This document shows, one piece after another, positions 36,947 through 45,868 of a stretch of DNA of 64,000 nucleotides; position 1 is the first letter of the stretch; each line of letters starts with the position of its first letter. Origin of the DNA: Halarcobacter sp. GTDB taxonomy: Bacteria; Campylobacterota; Campylobacteria; Campylobacterales; Arcobacteraceae. The translations under genes and the position numbers were made by a program. A model generated the notes under the pieces. It did not search any database. It was not told the DNA's origin and was given only the letters and a program-made list of their open reading frames with translations. Where the stretch lies: positions 2,048,001-2,112,000 of the forward strand of contig OY781089.1 of the NCBI GenBank assembly GCA_963676565.1. The letters run 5' to 3'.

Positions 36947-36963
36947 AAGTAAGGCATTTAGCC

Positions 36964-37812
36964 TTACTCTACAATTTGATGTAATTTAGAACATCTACTT
37001 AGAAAAGTATCCATCCCACACATATCATTGTACATATCATCAAAAGAATGAAAGTGTGCATCATATATGTATACAAAGATTTCATCACCTTTTTCTAAAA
37101 AGTGTTTTTTACCAAATTCTGCGTAAGCTGTTGCCCCAGCGGCAATTAATAAGCCCTTTGCATCTTTTGCATTTTTTGTAAATTGTGTTAACTCTTCTAA
37201 TGGTCCCATATCCTCTTGGGTATTTAGTTTTTCAATCATCCAGTCTTTTAATTGTGTGAAAAAATAGCTATATGAATTAACCGCAGAAGTGGTACCATAA
37301 TCATGAACAACACCATTTCTTTTTATAAAAGAAGCAATATGATATCTATTTAATATCCCTTCTTCTGTGAAATTATCAATCTTAATTGCATCTCTTGAGA
37401 TACCCTTTGTATTCTTTCCCCAGTTTTTTTTAGTACTTAATTTATTTCCATCTTGTATTCTTATTGAAAAGTCATTAAAAGCAGAAAAGTATTTTGGAAT
37501 AATATCAACAACTTTTTCATTTTCATAAATAAAGTCACAAATTAATGCAACTTCAGCTTCAACTTGTAAATTGTCCTCTTCTCTTCCATGGGTTTTAATA
37601 GTTTCATCACATATAGGAAATGTACCTAAAAATGAATCATGCCCTGGAATATAAAAGGGGAACATACCTTTTGGAGCATCTTTTTCTTTTGTTTGTATAA
37701 CTGCAAATTCATCAGCTTCACCAGCTTCTCCTAAATGATTTGCAAAGTTTCCTGCAACACCAAACCCTAAATAATCTTTTAATTCTTCTAAATCTATATA
37801 TTTTTTTTCCAT
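36964..37812 (-). CDS. DUF5718-type protein with fumarylacetoacetate-hydrolase-superfamily-like motifs
   Basis: GVAGNFANHL, QVEAEVAL, AFNDFSIR, KKNW, IAAGAT and FLEKGDEI. Confidence 0.7.
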   Translation of the reverse strand: MEKKYIDLEELKDYLGFGVAGNFANHLGEAGEADEFAVIQTKEKDAPKGMFPFYIPGHDSFLGTFPICDETIKTHGREEDNLQVEAEVALICDFIYENEKVVDIIPKYFSAFNDFSIRIQDGNKLSTKKNWGKNTKGISRDAIKIDNFTEEGILNRYHIASFIKRNGVVHDYGTTSAVNSYSYFFTQLKDWMIEKLNTQEDMGPLEELTQFTKNAKDAKGLLIAAGATAYAEFGKKHFLEKGDEIFVYIYDAHFHSFDDMYNDMCGMDTFLSRCSKLHQIVE

Positions 37813-37911
37813 TTTATTACCTTTAATATTTTTCTTTAACAGTAAGTTTTTTTTGTATGTGATTATTTAAAATTGTGAGGTTTGTGGTTAGTTTACGTTA
37901 GATTTTTGTTT

Positions 37912-38025
37912 TTATCTTTGACGTGTACAGCGACTCTCACAATTTTTTACTTTTGCTTTCTTGACTTCGACGAGCCCAAGGGCAATAGCAAGTTTTGTTG
38001 TGACAGTGACAATTAAGTTTTTCAT
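37912..38025 (-). CDS. Unannotated 37-aa small ORF / candidate leader peptide MKNLIVTVTTKLAIALGLVEVKKAKVKNCESRCTRQR
   Basis: AAGGA RBS 6 nt before the ATG; below the ORF-track length cutoff; a stem-loop overlaps its 3' half. Confidence 0.55.
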   Translation of the reverse strand: MKNLIVTVTTKLAIALGLVEVKKAKVKNCESRCTRQR

Positions 38026-38044
38026 TATCAATCCTTTTAATAAA

Positions 38045-38075
38045 TATAGATAAGAAGTTTAACTTCTTATCTATA
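38045..38075. terminator. Terminator hairpin at the end of the CitE/MaoC operon
   Basis: TATAGATAAGAAGTT-T-AACTTCTTATCTATA perfect inverted repeat. Confidence 0.75.
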
Positions 38076-38096
38076 ATTTAATCTTAATCTTTAAAA

Positions 38097-39080
38097 TTAA
38101 GAGAAAAATCTAGTGTTTACTTCATCCATTAATTTAGCACCAGAAAAATGTGCTCTTTGAACTAATTCCCAGAAATATCTATATGTAGCTCTATCGTGTA
38201 ATTCACCATCATATTGAATTGGTCCCCACTCAGCATCTTGTGCATTTAATAAAATATTTTGTGCAGCTTCTAATTCTGTAAAGTCTGGTTTCATAGCATC
38301 TACAATTGCTTGTACTTGTGTTGGGTAAATTGACCACATTCTCATAAATCCAAACTCATTTCTTGCTCTTTCCGCATCTTTATAAGTTTGATATGGGTTT
38401 TTAAGATCAAGTGTTACATTGTGACAAGGAATAACATGGTTTTGAATAGCCGCTTGCGCAACTTTTGCTTTAGCTGCACCAATTAGTCTATGATCAAATT
38501 GACCAGGACTTCTCATATTAGATGCAGGAATCGCCCCTTGATAACCAGAAACAAAGTCCATTAATCCAAAGTCTAAAACTTGAAGCCATGGTAAAGTTGC
38601 AATTTTTTCAACATCTTGTAATGCTCCGTGAGTTTCAATTAAGATATGAATTGGAATCTCTCTTGTAATACCAGATTTTTTAGCTACCTCTTGAATATAC
38701 TCAATTTGAGTTTTAACATCTTCATAAGAAGTTGATTTTGGTAATGTAATATATGCTAATTTTTCTCCAGCACCTGGAACTAGAATATCAACATCTTGTC
38801 TCCAATCTGGATGTGAGAAATCGTGAATTCTTGTACCAGCCATTGCATATGGGTTAGCATCAGAGTTAACAACTCTAACAATCATTTCAGCGTGTTCAAC
38901 TTCTTTTCCAGTTTCTGCTCCATCTTCGCAGTCACAAGTAATATCAAATACAGGTCCAAGTTTCTTTTGCATTTCGAAACCTTTTAAAATTAGTTTCTCG
39001 CTTCCTGCAAAGTGCTCACAAGTTGGGATAATTGGTAAAGATTTACCAGATTCAAATAGTGCTTCGTTTGGATGTGTCAT
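38097..39080 (-). CDS. CitE/malyl-CoA lyase (HpcH/HpaI aldolase-citrate lyase) family protein
   Basis: CDCEDGA, TRIHD, LIETHG, FGLMDF, WSIYPTQ and GELHD motifs. Confidence 0.88.
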   Translation of the reverse strand: MTHPNEALFESGKSLPIIPTCEHFAGSEKLILKGFEMQKKLGPVFDITCDCEDGAETGKEVEHAEMIVRVVNSDANPYAMAGTRIHDFSHPDWRQDVDILVPGAGEKLAYITLPKSTSYEDVKTQIEYIQEVAKKSGITREIPIHILIETHGALQDVEKIATLPWLQVLDFGLMDFVSGYQGAIPASNMRSPGQFDHRLIGAAKAKVAQAAIQNHVIPCHNVTLDLKNPYQTYKDAERARNEFGFMRMWSIYPTQVQAIVDAMKPDFTELEAAQNILLNAQDAEWGPIQYDGELHDRATYRYFWELVQRAHFSGAKLMDEVNTRFFS

Positions 39081-39107
39081 AATAATTTCCTCTCTTTAAA
39101 TTTATTT

Positions 39108-40181
39108 TTATTTCTTTTTTGTTTTTTTCTTTGGAATGATTACAGTGTAATCTAAATCAAGTACTACATTTTTTAAGTACTTACCATCTTCACCTTTTGG
39201 ATTTTCAATTTCTGAACTTTTTTGATTTTTAACAGCAACTGTTCTTAATCTTAATAATCCTAAGTCATCTCTTTTGTGATCAATTACATCTAAAACCTCA
39301 GTATATGCATATATTGTATCACCAGCATATGTTGGGTTACAGTGAGCTCCACTATTAATTGCATAAACCCATTGAGCGTTTTGTAAACCATTAAATGAAA
39401 TTGCCCTTGCAATTGATATTACAATACCACCATACATCAATCTCTCTCCCATAGGAGTAGACTTCATCATATGGTCATTGAAGTGTACCTTTGCATTGTT
39501 TTGGTATAACTTTGTTGCTAAAGTATGGTCACTATCATCAATTGTAATGCCCTCAGGGTGATTAAGTCTTTCTCCAACTTCATAATCTTCGAAGAAATAC
39601 TCCCCACCGGTTGCATTAGTATCAACCATGTCAATCTCTGGGATATTGATATCTTCAACTATTGGTGTTGATTCAGCAAATGTTGGAACATCATTGATAC
39701 CAAGCATAGTTTCTTTGTCTTTTTTGTGAACCATAACCCATCTTTTGAAGTTTAACACCTCTTTATCTTGCTCGTTGTATCCAATTGAATGAACATAAAC
39801 AACTCCAGATTTTCCATTTGAATTCTCTTTTAATCCAATTACGGTTGATTCCATTCTAACTGTATCCCCAATAAATACTGGGTTAGGAAAAGAGATTTCA
39901 GCATAACCTAAATTTGCAATTGCATTTAAAGATATATCTTGAACCGATTTCCCAAATGTTAAATGGAACATTAAAATATCATCAATTGGTCTTTCGTTGT
40001 ATCCAATCTCTTGTGCTAATTCATCAGATGAATGTAAAGCAAATCTAGAACCAGTGAAGGCGATGTATAAAGATACTTCACCTTCTGTTATAGTTCTTGG
40101 AAGAGGGTGGATAATTTTTTGTCCAATTGAAAAATCTTCAAAAAAGTTACCAACATTTATTTTTGTACTAATTTTAGACAT
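39108..40181 (-). CDS. mch: Double MaoC hot-dog dehydratase, mesaconyl-C1-CoA hydratase-like
   Basis: GNFFEDF..GQ.I.H..PRT, FGKSVQDISLNAIANLGY, IGLKENSNGKSGVVYV and ATKLYQN.AKVHF closely follow known Mch sequences. Confidence 0.8.
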   Translation of the reverse strand: MSKISTKINVGNFFEDFSIGQKIIHPLPRTITEGEVSLYIAFTGSRFALHSSDELAQEIGYNERPIDDILMFHLTFGKSVQDISLNAIANLGYAEISFPNPVFIGDTVRMESTVIGLKENSNGKSGVVYVHSIGYNEQDKEVLNFKRWVMVHKKDKETMLGINDVPTFAESTPIVEDINIPEIDMVDTNATGGEYFFEDYEVGERLNHPEGITIDDSDHTLATKLYQNNAKVHFNDHMMKSTPMGERLMYGGIVISIARAISFNGLQNAQWVYAINSGAHCNPTYAGDTIYAYTEVLDVIDHKRDDLGLLRLRTVAVKNQKSSEIENPKGEDGKYLKNVVLDLDYTVIIPKKKTKKK

Positions 40182-40190
40182 TTACCTTCC

Positions 40191-42710
40191 TTATTTTCCA
40201 AATAGGTTTTGACCTAAAGATTTATATGTATCATAAAGTGTAATCATCTTTTTAGCCCATTTAATTCTACACTTGTCAACAAGTTTATCTTTAAATTGAA
40301 TAACCTCTTTACCATCTTTTTCAGCTTCTTCGTATTTAGAAATCATCTCTTCATACTCTTGAACCTCTTTTTGAGTTGGAGTAAAGATATCATTGATGTA
40401 CTCAACTTGAACTGGGTGGATTAATGCTTTACCATCAAATCCTAAATTAAATGCATCTTTTGTTGAATCTTCACAAGCAAATTCATCATGAACATCATTA
40501 TGTGGTCCATCAATAACTGTTTTACCATATGCTTTTGCTGATAATGCAATACGTGCTAGGTAATTAAACATAGCTTTAGAACCTTTTTTAATATCAATTT
40601 GAAGTCTATTTGCTAAGCTATTTGAACCAACAACAATAACCTCAGTTTTCTTTGAAGCTTCACAAATATCAGGTGAATTTAAAATTGCCAATGGAGTTTC
40701 AATCATCACCATCATTGTTAAGTCAGGATTAACTTCATTAATTAATCTTTCTGCTTCTAAAACTTGCTCAACTGTTTCAATTTGTGAAAATAAAATTGCA
40801 TCAATTTCAATCTCTCGTGCAAGTTCTAAATCTTTTGTTAATTCTTCAGTTCCAATGTTATTAACTCTTAAAACTCTTTCTGATTCACCAAATTTAGAAC
40901 CCTCTTCAGCATAAACTTCTCTAATTGTATTTCTTGCAATCTCTTTTTGTTCATGTAAAATAGCTTCAATATCAAATACAACAGAATCTGCTAAAACAGT
41001 TTTTGCTTTTTTTACATACTTTTTATTATAAGCTGGAACAAACATCATTGATCTTCTAGCTTTATATTCAACAATCTCTTCACCTGTTTCTTGCGAATGG
41101 TATTGTTCATGTAATTGTTTAACAAGTTGTTTTCTTAAAACTTTTCCATTTTTAGTTCTTGGATAATCTTTCATCCCAAAAATAACTTTTGGAGCTTTAT
41201 ATTTAGCAAGATTTGTTTGAGAAAATGCAAGAATCTCTTGCTCTTGCTCTTCTGTTAAATCTTCATGTCCAATAACTGCAATAGCAACTAAAGTTTTATC
41301 TTTTTCTAAATCAAGACCAAAGGCAACACAATCAGCTACTAAATCGTGAGTTTTTACAACTCTTTCAATCTCATGTGGAGATACTCTAAATCCAAACGTG
41401 TTAATGATGTCATCTTTTCTACCAATGAACCAAATATATCCATCTTTATCTCTTTTTGCATAATCACCTGTAAAGAAATATCCATCATGTCTAGCTTTAG
41501 CTGTTTCTTCTTCTAATTGCCAGTATTCTAAGAATAAACCTGGATCATCTTCACCTATACAGATCATCCCTTCTTCTTCTAATCCAACTTCTTCTAAAGT
41601 ATCTGGATCAAGTAGTTTTACAATGTGTCCTGGCTGAACAAATCCTGCACTTCCAGGTCTAATTGGATTGTTTTTAGAGTGTGAAATATAATATGAACAC
41701 TCAGACATACCAATTGCTTCAAAGATATCTTGATTAAATCTTTCTCTCCATAAACCTAACATCTCATCAGATAAATGCTCACCAGCAGACATACAGTATC
41801 TTAATGATGGACAATCTTTAATTGAGAAATCAGTTTTTTGAATGATTTGTCTATAAATTGTTGGAACCCCAATGAAAATTGTACATTGGTGTTTTTTAAT
41901 TAAATCAATCCATGTTGAAGCATCATTTGCTCCTTCATATGCAATTACTGTATGACCATTAAATAATGGATCCATAAGTGCAGAACCTAATACATAAGTC
42001 CAGTTAAATTTACCAGAGTGCATGATTCTATCATTCTCTTTAAAATCAAACCAATATTCAGTTGCAGGAGTTCTACCAACTAATGATCTATGAGAGTGTA
42101 AAACTCCCTTTGGATAACCAGTTGTTCCTGATGTATATACTAAATATGCAGGCTCACCAGATTTTGATGGATAATGATTAGGTGTTTTATCTGTATTTGC
42201 TAAAATCTCATTTAAAGCATATACTTTCATACCCTTTGGCACTTTATAATCTGCAACACTATCTACACCAGCAACAATAATTGTTTTTAGATTATCAACA
42301 TTTTCTAAATATGGAACTAGATTTTCAAACATAGTTGCACTCATAACAATTGCACTAGCTTGTGAATCTTCAGCAAGATATTTAACCTCTGAACCACTTA
42401 AAAGTGTAGACGTTGGTACTGCAATAATTCCAGCTTTAATCGCACCAAAAAATGAGATTGGATATGCTAAAGAGTTTTTTAAACAAACTAAAACTCTATC
42501 TCTAGCTCCAATTCCAATTGATGTTAGGAAGTTACAAACCTGGTCTGATTTTTCTGATAACTCTTTATATGTAATCTCATCAGTACCAAGTTTATCATCT
42601 TCAATGATCATTGCAGTACTATTTTCTTTTGCTGTTCCTAAATGACTTGATGTACAAGCTACACCAATATTTAAAAATTCAGGTACTTCAATTTTTACAT
42701 TTGAACTCAT
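40191..42710 (-). CDS. AMP-forming acyl-CoA ligase fused to a C-terminal degenerate CitE-family domain
   Basis: YTSGTTGYPKGV, GMSEC, FFTGD, GRKDD and PRTKNGKV; then RRSMMFVP, LRVN, MIETP and GFDGKALIHP. Confidence 0.88.
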   Translation of the reverse strand: MSSNVKIEVPEFLNIGVACTSSHLGTAKENSTAMIIEDDKLGTDEITYKELSEKSDQVCNFLTSIGIGARDRVLVCLKNSLAYPISFFGAIKAGIIAVPTSTLLSGSEVKYLAEDSQASAIVMSATMFENLVPYLENVDNLKTIIVAGVDSVADYKVPKGMKVYALNEILANTDKTPNHYPSKSGEPAYLVYTSGTTGYPKGVLHSHRSLVGRTPATEYWFDFKENDRIMHSGKFNWTYVLGSALMDPLFNGHTVIAYEGANDASTWIDLIKKHQCTIFIGVPTIYRQIIQKTDFSIKDCPSLRYCMSAGEHLSDEMLGLWRERFNQDIFEAIGMSECSYYISHSKNNPIRPGSAGFVQPGHIVKLLDPDTLEEVGLEEEGMICIGEDDPGLFLEYWQLEEETAKARHDGYFFTGDYAKRDKDGYIWFIGRKDDIINTFGFRVSPHEIERVVKTHDLVADCVAFGLDLEKDKTLVAIAVIGHEDLTEEQEQEILAFSQTNLAKYKAPKVIFGMKDYPRTKNGKVLRKQLVKQLHEQYHSQETGEEIVEYKARRSMMFVPAYNKKYVKKAKTVLADSVVFDIEAILHEQKEIARNTIREVYAEEGSKFGESERVLRVNNIGTEELTKDLELAREIEIDAILFSQIETVEQVLEAERLINEVNPDLTMMVMIETPLAILNSPDICEASKKTEVIVVGSNSLANRLQIDIKKGSKAMFNYLARIALSAKAYGKTVIDGPHNDVHDEFACEDSTKDAFNLGFDGKALIHPVQVEYINDIFTPTQKEVQEYEEMISKYEEAEKDGKEVIQFKDKLVDKCRIKWAKKMITLYDTYKSLGQNLFGK

Positions 42711-42726
42711 AATTTCAACTCCCTAA

Positions 42727-43860
42727 TTAGATTTGACCATAAGGCCAGTTTTCTTTAAATGTATGTAATGGCATTTTATTTAATACTGTTACAGCAAACT
42801 CATAATCTTCTTTACTTAAACTATTAAGTGCATTTGCTCTTAAGATATTTTGTAAAGATTTACCAAACATTGGTGGATCTAACATTTCACCTTCATATCT
42901 AATAGCTCCACTTAATAAAGCATCTGTTTCAATAGCTGCTTTTAAAATATCTACATCTTTTGCAATTTCTTTTGGAGATGGAGTAAATGCTACTTTACAA
43001 ACATTGATATGATTAGGAGTAATAACTTGTTTACCTGTTAATCCCATTGCATATTCTCTTTGTGCATGTGCATAAACATGTCTTGATGCATCATCACCAT
43101 GCAAATCTAACCATCTTCTAATATCTTTTTTCTCAACGCAAGAATCTGGTAATGAATTTGGAGTAAGTAAAACTTCAACCCCACCAATTACACCTTTACC
43201 TTGTATTCTAGCTTCCATAGTAAGCATATTAAAAAATGTTTCTAATTCATCAATCCAACCCTCAGGAGTGATTTTGTATGACATAGCTTTTGAAAAGTCA
43301 TGGATACCAAATACTAAGTGTTGTACAGTTGAAAATTGCATTAACTTATCAGCAATCTTAAGTGATTTTGGGTGTTCAATAATTGGTTGAATTTGTAAAT
43401 TCGATCCAATTGAAATTAACCAAGATGATAAATCTCTAATCTCAGCTGCTCCATATACTTCACCAGCTTTTGCTAAAACAATTGCATCAATATATTTGTG
43501 AATTTGTTTTAACATTTTTAAATCTTCTTCGTATTCAGCTGTTCTAAATGGATTAATTCTTACAGCAATTTGAAAATCTCTTTCAGGAAACTTTGGAAGT
43601 TCTTGAATTAGTAATTCCCTTGACATCTCTTTTTGTCTACATCCATCTTCTAAGTCAAATAAAACTGTATGAGCTTTTGTTTTGTAAGCATGTTTTTGTA
43701 ATCTATATTTAGCTTGCTCCATAGTTTCATAAGTTCCATCAAGTGGATTAAACTTAATTGGTGGATAATAAATTTGAATACCTGGCCATTTTCCCCCTAG
43801 CACAGGTGATAAATCGTCATTTGCAGTTAATTTTGATAAATCTACGAAAGATGAATTCAT
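42727..43860 (-). CDS. Divergent CitE/malyl-CoA lyase family protein
   Basis: LFDLEDGC, VRINP, IIEHP, FGIHDFS, GKQVITP and GEMLDPP. Confidence 0.85.
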   Translation of the reverse strand: MNSSFVDLSKLTANDDLSPVLGGKWPGIQIYYPPIKFNPLDGTYETMEQAKYRLQKHAYKTKAHTVLFDLEDGCRQKEMSRELLIQELPKFPERDFQIAVRINPFRTAEYEEDLKMLKQIHKYIDAIVLAKAGEVYGAAEIRDLSSWLISIGSNLQIQPIIEHPKSLKIADKLMQFSTVQHLVFGIHDFSKAMSYKITPEGWIDELETFFNMLTMEARIQGKGVIGGVEVLLTPNSLPDSCVEKKDIRRWLDLHGDDASRHVYAHAQREYAMGLTGKQVITPNHINVCKVAFTPSPKEIAKDVDILKAAIETDALLSGAIRYEGEMLDPPMFGKSLQNILRANALNSLSKEDYEFAVTVLNKMPLHTFKENWPYGQI

Positions 43861-44048
43861 AATTTTTCCCTCTTTTCCTAATAATTTCTGTTAAAAATCT
43901 TATTCAGATTGATTTCTGATAGACGAATTAATCCATATATAAAATAAACTGAATCATACTTTTAAAAATTAATTTAAATTTTAAGAAAATTTTTATTATT
44001 GTTGTAGGCACCATAAAATAGGGCTTTTTTAAAGTGAGAATATGATAG

Positions 44049-44063
44049 TTTCACAATGTGAGA
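44049..44063. promoter_or_regulatory. Putative IclR operator TTTCACAATGTGAGA
   Basis: TCACA-A-TGTGA dyad in the divergent intergenic region between the operon and the IclR gene. Confidence 0.5.
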
Positions 44064-44194
44064 AAATTTTTTTCAAAACTCTTATAATGTAAAAAATTTT
44101 TTTCAAAATTTGTACAATTTTGTAGCTTATTTAGGAACAAAATATTTTTTATAGTTCAAAAAGGAGATAAATTCTTTATACATTTATTGAAAAA

Positions 44195-44962
44195 ATGATA
44201 AAATCAAAAAAAATTAATAGAAGAGATAAATTGCAAAATAGTCCAAACAAGTCTTTTAAAAAAGGGCTTCAAGTCTTAAAAGAGATTATGAAAGCCAATA
44301 AACCAGTTACAGCTAATACTTTATGTCAAAAACTTGAAATAGATAAAAGTACTATGTCTAGATTAGTTACAACTTTGATGAGTGAAGATTTTATTGAATA
44401 TAAAGGTGATTCAAAAGAGATTATTTTAAGTGACATATTAAGAAAAATTGTATTTAAAAATGATAGAGAAAAAATTATAGAAAAAACTGCTGCTCTTTTA
44501 GATCAGATTTTTCATCTAACCAATGAAGCGGCATATATCTACATATTGGATAATAACTTAGCTTTAAATCTAAATCAAATAGATATGTCAACTCGGGTTT
44601 TAAAAACTAGAGATTCAATTGGATTACATTCACCTTTACATGCTAATGCTTTTGGAAAAGTTCTTATTGCTTTTACCCCTGAAGTAAAAATAGATTCTTT
44701 AGAATTAACAAAATATACATCTTATACAATAACATGTAAAACAAAATTACAAAAAGAGTTAGATCTAATCAAAGAAAGAGGTTATTCAATTGGTACTGAA
44801 GAGTATGAATTTGGATTGAAATCTGTTGCTGTTCCTTATTTTGATAAGCAAAATAAATTCATAGGTGCAGTTGGAATATCTGGATTATCAGTTAGACTTG
44901 AAGATGAAAAACTTCATAAATTTGGGCAAGAGATTTTTAAATTAGTTAATAGTTACAACTAA
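44195..44962 (+). CDS. IclR family transcriptional regulator
   Basis: N-terminal wHTH (LEIDKSTMSRLVTTL); PLHANAFGKVL, RGYS...EYEFG...VAVP; true start may be the TTG at 44231. Confidence 0.92.
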   Translation: MIKSKKINRRDKLQNSPNKSFKKGLQVLKEIMKANKPVTANTLCQKLEIDKSTMSRLVTTLMSEDFIEYKGDSKEIILSDILRKIVFKNDREKIIEKTAALLDQIFHLTNEAAYIYILDNNLALNLNQIDMSTRVLKTRDSIGLHSPLHANAFGKVLIAFTPEVKIDSLELTKYTSYTITCKTKLQKELDLIKERGYSIGTEEYEFGLKSVAVPYFDKQNKFIGAVGISGLSVRLEDEKLHKFGQEIFKLVNSYN

Positions 44963-44971
44963 AGGTAAGTC

Positions 44972-45868
44972 TTATAGACTTCCTTTGTTGTTTGATAAAT
45001 ATTCATGTGCTAAATAAGAACTTCTAGCATATGGTGTTGAGTGAACAAAAGAGAACCCTAACTCTTTTGCTAATTTTTTATATCTATCGAATTGATCTGG
45101 ATGAACAAACTCTTTTACCTTTGCATAGTCTCCACTTGGTGCTAAATATTGACCAATACTTAAAAAATCACATCCTACAGCTCTTAAGTCTTTAAATACT
45201 TGAACCATCTCTTCTTCAGTTTCGCCAAGACCAACCATAAGTGCAGATTTTGTTTTTATTTTATTACCACCAAGTTCTTTTAATCTTTGTAGAACATCTA
45301 ATGATCTTTGATATGTAGCACCTTTTCTAATTTTATACATTGATGGTACTGTCTCAATATTATGTCCAATAATTACAGCACCTGAATCAACAACTTTTTT
45401 TAAAGAATCATCATCTGCTTGAAAATCAGGAATAAGAATTTCAACTTGAGTATCTTCTGTATTTTCTAAAATACTTTTTGTAACTTCATAAAAATGATTT
45501 GCACCACCATCTTTTAAATCGTCTCTTGCAGGACTAGTTATAACAACAAATTTTAATCCAAGCTTTTGAACAGATGTTGTAATTTCTTGAACTTCTTTTT
45601 CATTAACATAACCGTTTGGATTCCCAGTTTTAACATTACAATATTGACATCTTCTTGTACATAAGTCACCTAAAATCATAAATGTAGCATTTTTCTTAGC
45701 AAAACATTCACTAATATTAGGACATTTGGCTTCTTGACAAATCGTATGTAATCCATGTTCTCCTAATAAAGCTTCCATCTCTTTTTGTGCAGTTGGAACT
45801 AGTTTCTTTCTTAACCATTCAGGTTTTTTAAAATCAACTTTTTTAAATTGATTTACTGCTTGTGTCAT
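44972..45868 (-). CDS. lipA: Lipoyl synthase
   Basis: CQEAKCPNISEC and CTRRCQYC motifs; C-terminal RSSY. Confidence 0.97.
   Translation of the reverse strand: MTQAVNQFKKVDFKKPEWLRKKLVPTAQKEMEALLGEHGLHTICQEAKCPNISECFAKKNATFMILGDLCTRRCQYCNVKTGNPNGYVNEKEVQEITTSVQKLGLKFVVITSPARDDLKDGGANHFYEVTKSILENTEDTQVEILIPDFQADDDSLKKVVDSGAVIIGHNIETVPSMYKIRKGATYQRSLDVLQRLKELGGNKIKTKSALMVGLGETEEEMVQVFKDLRAVGCDFLSIGQYLAPSGDYAKVKEFVHPDQFDRYKKLAKELGFSFVHSTPYARSSYLAHEYLSNNKGSL

Noticed and set aside
38097..43860. Classical citrate lyase or itaconate (ripABC / ict-ich-ccl) operon
   Set aside because: No citD/citF/citC and no CoA transferase; the hydratase resembles Mch rather than RipB/Ich
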